A stretch of 64,000 bases of DNA from Candidatus Woesearchaeota archaeon (lineage in GTDB: Archaea > Nanobdellota > Nanobdellia > Woesearchaeales > JAGVYU01). This document shows positions 50,055 to 57,945 of the stretch, piece after piece. Below the pieces are notes generated by a model. That model made no database searches. It was given only the letters and a program-made list of their open reading frames with translations, and had not been told where the DNA came from. Location of the stretch: contig JBDROB010000075.1 in assembly GCA_043810355.1 (NCBI GenBank), positions 16,565 through 80,564 on the forward strand, in the 5' to 3' direction. Every line of letters begins with the position of its first letter. Position 1 is the stretch's first letter. A program made the translations under genes and the position numbers.

Positions 50055-50810
50055 ATGAAGAAAGAAAAGATTGCTATTTCTGTGGATAAGCCATTGTTAG
50101 ACATATTAGACTCTAAAGTTGACGGTTCAATCATCCGCTCGAGATCACAGGCTTTTGAGATTTACCTTAAAAAAGGTCTTGGTTCTCAGCAGATTAGCAC
50201 AGCTGTGATCCTTCTAAAGTCAGATCATCATAAAGTGGCATTAAAGAATCTTAAGTCAAGGACCTTGATCAAGAATCAGCTTGATTTCTTCAATAGTTTT
50301 GGTATCAAAAAGATTCTTATTGTGACCCAATCCTCAAACCATCTGGATAAGATCAATCATGAATGCCTTCACACAACCCAGGATGTCAAGATAATCGAGG
50401 ATGATTCTAAAGGTAATGCAAATGCATTGTTCAGGGTTAAGAAGATGTTGGATGACTCAAACTTTATTGTGACCAGCGGTGATGTCTATAATGATTTTGA
50501 CCTTAACAAGATGATCTCAAAGCATATACACAATGATAAGCTTGCAACAATGGGCCTTATGACAAGAGAAAAACCATCTCAATATGGGAACGCAGTTCTT
50601 GATGGGGATCAGATTATTGATTTTCAGGAAAAGCCAAGGCAGACAACCTCATTCATTGTTAATGCTGGGATATACATATTTAAGCCAGAGATCTTTGAGC
50701 TTTTTGAAAACACTTCTTCTTTGGAAAAAGATGTCTTTCCAAGGTTAGCCAGAATAAAGCAGCTGAATGGCTTTTTCACTTACGGCGAATATCATCATAT
50801 GGAAGAATGA
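50055..50810 (+). CDS. Ribbon-helix-helix (CopG/NikR-like) domain fused to a degenerate sugar-phosphate nucleotidyltransferase domain
   Basis: N-terminal KEKIAISVDKPLLDILDSKVDGSIIRSRSQAFE; C-terminal SGDV, YG, F.EKP, VNAGIYIF, SLEKDVFP. The GGxGxRL motif is replaced by LKSDHHK. Confidence 0.8.
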   Translation: MKKEKIAISVDKPLLDILDSKVDGSIIRSRSQAFEIYLKKGLGSQQISTAVILLKSDHHKVALKNLKSRTLIKNQLDFFNSFGIKKILIVTQSSNHLDKINHECLHTTQDVKIIEDDSKGNANALFRVKKMLDDSNFIVTSGDVYNDFDLNKMISKHIHNDKLATMGLMTREKPSQYGNAVLDGDQIIDFQEKPRQTTSFIVNAGIYIFKPEIFELFENTSSLEKDVFPRLARIKQLNGFFTYGEYHHMEE

Positions 50811-50836
50811 TGGAAGAATAGAAATCAGGTATTCTA

Positions 50837-51976
50837 TCAGCTTTTCAAATTCTCAGTATGTTTCATAATATCATCAACCTTAATGTTTTTCATGCAGATA
50901 TTATTATGCCCTGATTGAAGGCATTCAGGCACTTGCCCCAGATGAACATTTATGCAAGGGCTAAACTCACAAATCTCACCTTTATACAGTCCAACACTAT
51001 CTTTCTGAAAAGGTCTCCATCTGACTGGAAGATTTGGGCCAAACAAGCCGATTGTTTTTGTTCCCATTGCAGCTCCAATATGCATTGGTCCTGAATCATT
51101 GCTAATAATTAGATCACATCTTTCTTCAAGATAAAAAAGCTGTTGCAAACTTGTTTTCCCAGCAAGATTAACAATCTTACCTTTATTCTTGACCAATCTG
51201 ATTATTTCATCATTTAACTTGATATCATCTGAGCTTCCTAACAACACAATTTTTGTATTCTTCTCATCAATAAGCCTGTCACCAAGCTCAGCAAACCTTT
51301 CCTTCATCCACATCCTTGATTTTGCTGACTCTGCAGCTCCTGCAAACAAGCCAACTAAAAAATCATTTTTAGACACTTTATTATCATTCAAAAGGCTTTC
51401 AATGTATTTTTTATCCTTGTCACCATACATCAATCTCTCCAGATTCAAAACTGTCCCTTCATATCCAATTAGTCTTATCAGGTCAAGATGAGTCTCAACT
51501 ACATGCTGTTTGTCATTATAAGAAACAGATTTTGACAGAGTCATACCTCTGATCCTGTTATCATAACCTATCCTAAACTTCCCTACAAAAAATGATATTA
51601 TTGAGGAAATATTCAGATACTCTTCAAAATCAACAACAAGCGAATATTTCCTGTAATTTTTTGATACAAAACCCAAAATAGAAAGAAAGTTAGTCTCAAT
51701 CACAATCAAATTATCAAAAAAACCTTGGCCTTCAAAAACATCCTTTGCTCTCCTTGTAGTCAATATATCAACTTCAGAATCATTATACTGCTCTCTTAAT
51801 GCCTTGATTGCAGGCAGAGTCAATATTGTCTCTCCAATCCCCCATAGTTGAATTACTAATATCCTATTAACACCCTTTAACTTTTTCCTAAAGAATATTT
51901 TGTTCAAGATTCCAAGCTTTAGGCAAACCAGTGTCCCAATATATTTGTCTAAAATCTTAATGCTTTTTACACTCAT
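50837..51976 (-). CDS. GT9 glycosyltransferase (heptosyltransferase-like)
   Basis: ILVIQLWGIGETILTLPAI..LR, NLAGKTSL, SNDSGPMHIGAAMG..TIGLFGP, CSPC-like C-terminus. Confidence 0.9.
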   Translation of the reverse strand: MSVKSIKILDKYIGTLVCLKLGILNKIFFRKKLKGVNRILVIQLWGIGETILTLPAIKALREQYNDSEVDILTTRRAKDVFEGQGFFDNLIVIETNFLSILGFVSKNYRKYSLVVDFEEYLNISSIISFFVGKFRIGYDNRIRGMTLSKSVSYNDKQHVVETHLDLIRLIGYEGTVLNLERLMYGDKDKKYIESLLNDNKVSKNDFLVGLFAGAAESAKSRMWMKERFAELGDRLIDEKNTKIVLLGSSDDIKLNDEIIRLVKNKGKIVNLAGKTSLQQLFYLEERCDLIISNDSGPMHIGAAMGTKTIGLFGPNLPVRWRPFQKDSVGLYKGEICEFSPCINVHLGQVPECLQSGHNNICMKNIKVDDIMKHTENLKS

Positions 51977-52026
51977 AATTGATATGCAATTGAATCTAAG
52001 TTTATAAAATTATTCTAAGAAATATA

Positions 52027-52368
52027 TCATTTTTTCCCATTCTCTTCTTTGCTGATTGCAATCCTCGATACTAGATCATCTGTCTTTTTTTGCAATCTTC
52101 TGACTAATGAATATGTGTGGAAAAGTGTTCCTATTATGATGATGAATCCTAATATTATATAGAAATCAAGAGGCCTCTGCATTGTCAGCACATCTTTTAC
52201 AAAATAGTTCAATTGTGTTGGAAATAATGTGATAAAAATGAATCCTAGCCATAATATTGCCCAGACCAGACCTTCTTTTACAGTGAACTCTTTTCTTTTA
52301 TTGTGCAAGAATGTGATATAAAGCATAAACAATCCGAACAGCACTCCGATTATTTGAATTCCTAGCAT
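52027..52368 (-). CDS. DUF2304 family membrane protein
   Basis: 3 TM segments with W...W...FP, C-terminal coiled segment ending L...IAI; follows a GT2 gene as typical for this family. Confidence 0.75.
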   Translation of the reverse strand: MLGIQIIGVLFGLFMLYITFLHNKRKEFTVKEGLVWAILWLGFIFITLFPTQLNYFVKDVLTMQRPLDFYIILGFIIIIGTLFHTYSLVRRLQKKTDDLVSRIAISKEENGKK

Positions 52369-52369
52369 A

Positions 52370-53035
52370 TTACCTCCTCAATTTCCATAATATCATGTTA
52401 ATCACAATCTTGATTCCATCTATTGCAGTTGTTCCTTTGTAGATGTCTGAATAGATTGTTTGTATTGGGATTTGAGTATATCTCAGCCTTGTCTTTCCTA
52501 AATTTGCAATCATCTCTGATTCCATTGAATAGTCATTTGCATCCCATCTGATCTTTCTGTATGCATCTGCATTATATGCCCTATATCCGCTTTGTGAGTC
52601 AAATAAGTCAATATTATATAAAAACCTTGTAGCAGTATTTATAATGTTGTTTCCGATCTTCATCATCAATGGCATGTCTTTATTAAATTTTCTGAATCCA
52701 AACACAATGTCATTATTCTTTAAGGATTCTAGAAAATTTGGGATCTCTTTTGGATCATGCTGGCCGTCTGCATCAATAAGTATCATTATCTCTCCACCTT
52801 TATTTAGGACAAAGTCACATCCTGTCTTGATTGCAGCTCCTTTCCCTATGTTTATTGGGTGTCTTAGCACAATAGCCTTGTTTTCTTTGGCTATATTATT
52901 GGTTTCATCCCTGCTTCCATCATCAACAACTATAACATTGTCCAGATGTTTTTTAATATTTTTTATTACACTCCCTATATATTTCTCCTCATTATATGCT
53001 GCAATAACTGCATAAACCTTGGATTTGTCTTCCAT
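52370..53035 (-). CDS. GT2 polyprenol-phosphate glycosyltransferase
   Basis: IAAYNEE, VVDDGSRD, GKGAAIKTG, DADGQHDP, DSQSGYRAY. Confidence 0.92.
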   Translation of the reverse strand: MEDKSKVYAVIAAYNEEKYIGSVIKNIKKHLDNVIVVDDGSRDETNNIAKENKAIVLRHPINIGKGAAIKTGCDFVLNKGGEIMILIDADGQHDPKEIPNFLESLKNNDIVFGFRKFNKDMPLMMKIGNNIINTATRFLYNIDLFDSQSGYRAYNADAYRKIRWDANDYSMESEMIANLGKTRLRYTQIPIQTIYSDIYKGTTAIDGIKIVINMILWKLRR

Positions 53036-53176
53036 AAGAGAATAAAGAATATGTTATTATTTAAAAATTTGATTGTAAAACCTGTTTCTTAAAAAAAAAG
53101 AATATTTAATCAAATCGAATTTTCTAGATCTAAAAATTGACATCATATAGGGTCAATTTTGGTTATTTTTTAATTA

Positions 53177-56100
53177 TTATGCTTCCGTTGTATTAAATTC
53201 TCCACCAATCATATCACTTTCATTTATCATGACATCTTCACTACTATTGATTATTTCAATCTCAATATTTTCAACATTATCAATCCTAGTTGCATTATAT
53301 TCCTCCTCACTGATTTCCTCAATTGTCACTGTTTGCTGGAAAAAAGGATAGACATTCTCCTGTTTTCCTTCCCAGTCAACTTTCCAGACAACTATCCTCT
53401 GTCCCAAGACACTGTTCTCTTCACTGAATTTTTCAAAATGTTTTGTTCCATGCCCATCTAAGAAATATAATTGAGTGAATATGCTGTCAGTCTGCTCGAC
53501 ATTTGTTATGAGCCTTGAATAACCATCCTCAGTCGGTATCATCAGGACACCAAAATCCCCTCCATTCTCATAGTCCTTGGTGATTATTCCAGTCTCATTC
53601 AGTATGACTAATCTCTTAGGTTTCTCTATGCCTTGAGCTGAACTGAATACCAATTCCATTGATGTGGAGTTAAACAGTCCGGCGCCCCCTCCAAACAATG
53701 AGCAGATATACATCCCATCTTCTCCTGGTGTGCATGGATCAATTCCAGATGCATAGCTTGGCCAAGGTGCTGTCCAGTCATTTGCATCCCTTCCAGTTCC
53801 CAATGATTGAATTTCCAAATAAATTGCTTGGGCTTCATCATCTGTCATGTTGAATTCATCTTTTAGGTATTTGACACCTTTGTCCATATCAAGATTATTA
53901 TCTTTTATTGTATTGTACATTGTTGATCTCCTGAAATTCCAGATTCCAAAATGTCCCCAAACTCCGCTTTTTCCTATCATGTCAGATGAGGTTATAAAAT
54001 ATGCTTCCGGAGGCTCACAGTGTGTATATTCCAGTACATTTTCTGCCTGTTCTTCATTAAGCCCATACCCTTTCAATATTCTTCTTGCATCTTCTTTCTC
54101 TAAAACAATTATTTCATAGATTATATCTACACTCTTGTATGTCTCATTTATTATTTTGTCAAGCTCGTCAAATGCATTGTTGCTGCCGCAGTCAAGCATT
54201 CTTAATAATCCTACACTGACATCTTCATCAGATGTAAGGAGTGAATTGCCTACCCAATGGGCCATTGGCGAGTCTTGTGATGTTCCATCAAATGTTACAG
54301 GTCTGTCAGCAATATATTTGAACCAATGCCCGAAATCCCACCATGATGTTATGATTGCATTATTCTCACTCTCAAGCCTTATCTTTTCTAATGAGCTCCA
54401 CCATGCATCTGTCATGCTTGGTATTTCTTGATATGCTGTTGATTGTCCAGCCTGCAGAGGTTTGATAAGGATTATGGATAACAGTACAATGATGACTATT
54501 TGTGTGATTAGTTTGTTGATCTTTAATTCCTTTGATATTATTTTGACAACATACTGGTATATTATTCCCAAGGCAAGTCCTACTGCAATTGAAAATGCAG
54601 GGACAAATAACAATATGAATCTTATTCCTTTTATTCCAGAATATACTGTTGCAGCAAACCAAAGAACTAGCAGGATGCTGTATTTGATATAAGTCAATCC
54701 ACCATCCTTTTCTTTGATCAAAGCGATTACTCCTTTTATAAAAACAAGCACTATTCCTAAAACACTCAGGTAAAATAAGAATGCACCTCCTATATTCCCG
54801 ATCACTTCAGGAAATGATGATTCATTCTGCTCAGCAACTGTTGTGAATACATTTGGCCAGACAGATGTTGCCCCAATTTGCTTTAATGTGACAAATCCCA
54901 TAGGTTTTTCAACTACTGTATAGAACTCATTGAATCCTAGAAACATAGTGATAAAAATGCCTGAGAATAGTATGAACATAATTATGATGATAATATTATT
55001 TTTAACAAATTTTAATTTAAATATCTGGTTGATTTTTATCCCTTTTTTATAATTTAACATTAAGTAAACTGCTAGATAGCCAACAATATATATTATTGTA
55101 GATATTATCACAAGATAGAATATATACCACCATCCTCCTGCCCATGCAAAACCAAGAAGGCCGACTAAAAAGCCTGATAAGGCAGAATATATTATTTTCT
55201 TTTTTAGATCTTTCTCTTCAAACGCAATTAAAAAGAACCATGCTATATATAATGGCAATGTCACATTGTAAGCATCTGTATCTGAAAACCCGCCCATTGT
55301 CCTGTTGATAAATGCGCTGTGGATTGCAATTAAAAATCCAGCTACAAATCCTCCATAATTCCCTGCAAGCCTTCTTGTGATAAAAAATCCAGGGATCACT
55401 GCTAAAGCACTGATAAGAATTGGTATAAGGAAAATAAAACTCATTAGATCTAGGTCTCTGTTGAAAAACTGGAATGCTTTAAATAAATAAGCAGAAAGAT
55501 AAGCATGGAACATGTCAGGTACAATAAATCTTCCTAATGGTGCAAACATGTGATTATCAAATGGCTTTCCATCCCTTAGCTCGTCTCCTGGATGCCCATT
55601 GTTAATTATATTTCTTGCATGTCTTGTCCAATAATAAGGGTCAATTGCCAATAGGTAAGTGAATTCTCCGATAACCTCTCCTTTGCTGTTTGTGATATCT
55701 CGCCTTAATCTTGATTTAAACTGGTTTGATGAAGCTGATATTGCATTATCAACTTCCTTTTTGTTTTCACTCAGGATTTTTTCAAACTCTTTCTCAATTA
55801 TTTTTGCTTTATTCTCATCAGGAAGATTTGGATATTCATTATTGACTTTATTCTCAACCTGGGCTCTTATCCCATTATATATATTGTCTCTTGCCCAAAC
55901 ATCTGTTATCGGCAATATTGCTGACTGATATCTAAGATTAGCGCTGAAATAGACACAGAACAGTAGTGAAAATATGATAAGGATTGTTGGAATGATCCAA
56001 GGTTTATTTTTTATATACCCATAACCTTTTTTTATTGATTTTGTCACATCAGAAAATTCTTCATCCTTTTCTTCATCTTTGCTTTCTTCCTTTTTGTTCC

Positions 56101-56476
56101 CCTTTTTGAAAATATTTTTTATACCGGAAAAATCAATGTTGAAATCCTCATCTTTCTCTGCCTTTTCATTATCTTCAACAAAATCTTTCTTTTCCTTGAT
56201 AATTTGCATTTTCTTCTCAGCTTCTTCAGTCTGCCTTTTCTCCTTATTGTAGCCAGGTTCTTCAGCTTTCTCACTAATATTTTCAGCCTCTAATCTCCTT
56301 AGCTCTTCTTTTTTCCTCTCTATCTCTTCATGGATATCTTTTTTATCTTTTTTCTTCTCATCCAGAGATTTATCATCATCGCTAAATGATTTACCTACTT
56401 TCTTGAAGAATCCTTTTACTTTTTTTATATCAAATGAAATCTCTTCATCATCAAAATCATCATCCAAAGACATCAC
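53177..56476 (-). CDS. aglB: Oligosaccharyltransferase AglB (STT3) with long charged N-terminal extension
   Basis: DPYYW, R...GF.DTD, TVAEQ, SWWDFGHW, DMIGK motifs; ~13 TM. Confidence 0.95.
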   Translation of the reverse strand: MMSLDDDFDDEEISFDIKKVKGFFKKVGKSFSDDDKSLDEKKKDKKDIHEEIERKKEELRRLEAENISEKAEEPGYNKEKRQTEEAEKKMQIIKEKKDFVEDNEKAEKDEDFNIDFSGIKNIFKKGNKKEESKDEEKDEEFSDVTKSIKKGYGYIKNKPWIIPTILIIFSLLFCVYFSANLRYQSAILPITDVWARDNIYNGIRAQVENKVNNEYPNLPDENKAKIIEKEFEKILSENKKEVDNAISASSNQFKSRLRRDITNSKGEVIGEFTYLLAIDPYYWTRHARNIINNGHPGDELRDGKPFDNHMFAPLGRFIVPDMFHAYLSAYLFKAFQFFNRDLDLMSFIFLIPILISALAVIPGFFITRRLAGNYGGFVAGFLIAIHSAFINRTMGGFSDTDAYNVTLPLYIAWFFLIAFEEKDLKKKIIYSALSGFLVGLLGFAWAGGWWYIFYLVIISTIIYIVGYLAVYLMLNYKKGIKINQIFKLKFVKNNIIIIIMFILFSGIFITMFLGFNEFYTVVEKPMGFVTLKQIGATSVWPNVFTTVAEQNESSFPEVIGNIGGAFLFYLSVLGIVLVFIKGVIALIKEKDGGLTYIKYSILLVLWFAATVYSGIKGIRFILLFVPAFSIAVGLALGIIYQYVVKIISKELKINKLITQIVIIVLLSIILIKPLQAGQSTAYQEIPSMTDAWWSSLEKIRLESENNAIITSWWDFGHWFKYIADRPVTFDGTSQDSPMAHWVGNSLLTSDEDVSVGLLRMLDCGSNNAFDELDKIINETYKSVDIIYEIIVLEKEDARRILKGYGLNEEQAENVLEYTHCEPPEAYFITSSDMIGKSGVWGHFGIWNFRRSTMYNTIKDNNLDMDKGVKYLKDEFNMTDDEAQAIYLEIQSLGTGRDANDWTAPWPSYASGIDPCTPGEDGMYICSLFGGGAGLFNSTSMELVFSSAQGIEKPKRLVILNETGIITKDYENGGDFGVLMIPTEDGYSRLITNVEQTDSIFTQLYFLDGHGTKHFEKFSEENSVLGQRIVVWKVDWEGKQENVYPFFQQTVTIEEISEEEYNATRIDNVENIEIEIINSSEDVMINESDMIGGEFNTTEA

Positions 56477-56515
56477 CTTGTCAATAACTAATTAAATTGT
56501 TTTATCAATTGTCTG

Positions 56516-56553
56516 ATTAATGGTTTAATTAATGGTTTAATTAATGGTTTAAT
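56516..56553. repeat. 12-bp tandem repeat (TTAATGGTTTAA) x3 upstream of aglB
   Basis: ttaatggtttaattaatggtttaattaatggtttaa. Confidence 0.8.
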
Positions 56554-56628
56554 TGTTTCCCCTCAGTATATATAATAGGATAGGGAATTATTCTGCTTTT
56601 ATAAAAGTTTGTTTTAGATTAGTATTTG

Positions 56629-57729
56629 TCAAATAATGAATTTAACAAAAGAAATCAGCCTGGGCTCTTTCAGCAATAGTTTAAATACCATTTTGCTTGG
56701 CTCATCCCTGTCGATTGTCTCCAATATTCTCTTCATTTTTGGCTTGTCAAAATATCCAATCAGCTTGTTCCAGTCATCTTCATCAAATTTATCCATTATT
56801 TTCCTCATATACTTATGTAGGGATAGGTCAAAAAACAATCTCTTTCTCAATTCTCTTGAGAATTTCTTTTCTGTTCCAATGCATTCAGCCAATATCTCAG
56901 CTGATCTCATGCCCTGTATTATGCCTCCTGCTGTTGTCGCTTTGACCATTCCAGCTGCATCACCTATAATATATGTGTTGTCATCAGATACCTTCAGTTT
57001 TTTGTCAAACTTGGGGATCAGACCCCCTTGTGTCTCGATTATCTTGCTCCTAAAATCTTTTCCAATCTTTCTCTCTAAAAAATCATCCAATATTTTCCTT
57101 ATACCCAATGATCCAATTATGCCTACGCGAGCAATTTCCTTATTCTCAGGGACAATCCATGCAAATGTTCCTAAATATGGATAGAATTCAATCTTATTTT
57201 CATTTTTATGTTCAATCCTGTATTGAAGGCTTGTCCAGTATTCTCTTTTTTTGTTTCCAAGAGATTTTGCTATAATGCTTTGCGGCCCGTCTGCCCCGAT
57301 TATATTATCACTTTTTCTTTCAATCTTTTCCTCAATAATCTCATTTCTGTCTAATTTTCTTATCGACAATATATCATCTTTAAAATCTTCGATTTTATGG
57401 TCAAGAAATATTTTTACTCCCTCTTTTTCAGCTTTTTTTGACAGAAACTTGTCAAATCTCTCCCTGTCAAGGATCAGATTTGCTTCTCTAAATCTTATTT
57501 TCAGAGATTTTCCATTTGGAGCAAATATCTCAACATCATTGATTCTATTGGCAACACACTCATCAGGGACATCAATTAATTTTGATATTGTATTTGTCAC
57601 AATCCCAGTGCATTGTACCGGTTTTCCAATCTCCTTGTTTTTCTCAAATATCTCAACCTTATACCCCTTTTTTGCAAGCAGATATCCTGCAAAATTTCCA
57701 ACAGGTCCAGCTCCAACAATTGATATCAT
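56629..57729 (-). CDS. Geranylgeranyl reductase family flavoprotein
   Basis: IVGAGPVG, IGKPVQCTG, DRERFD, IGADG..S, FAWIVP, GDAAGMVKATTAGGI..G. Confidence 0.88.
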   Translation of the reverse strand: MISIVGAGPVGNFAGYLLAKKGYKVEIFEKNKEIGKPVQCTGIVTNTISKLIDVPDECVANRINDVEIFAPNGKSLKIRFREANLILDRERFDKFLSKKAEKEGVKIFLDHKIEDFKDDILSIRKLDRNEIIEEKIERKSDNIIGADGPQSIIAKSLGNKKREYWTSLQYRIEHKNENKIEFYPYLGTFAWIVPENKEIARVGIIGSLGIRKILDDFLERKIGKDFRSKIIETQGGLIPKFDKKLKVSDDNTYIIGDAAGMVKATTAGGIIQGMRSAEILAECIGTEKKFSRELRKRLFFDLSLHKYMRKIMDKFDEDDWNKLIGYFDKPKMKRILETIDRDEPSKMVFKLLLKEPRLISFVKFII

Positions 57730-57945
57730 GAAACAGAGAGAATGACTAATAATATTTAATTCTAATTAATTTAATAATCAAAAACCTCTTATTAAAAAAA
57801 ACCAGAAAGTATCTATTATAAAATAGTTATATCATATTAGTACTTTATAATAGTATCAATACAAAAGATTTAAATATGTAATAGATATTTCTACCATACA
57901 ATTAGATAATAATTTTTGAAAAACAACTTTTAGAAGGGGATATAT

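Noticed and set aside
56516..56553. Tandem repeats as CRISPR or iteron/origin
   Set aside because: Head-to-tail 12-mers with no spacers and no cdc6/rep gene nearby; most likely slippage.
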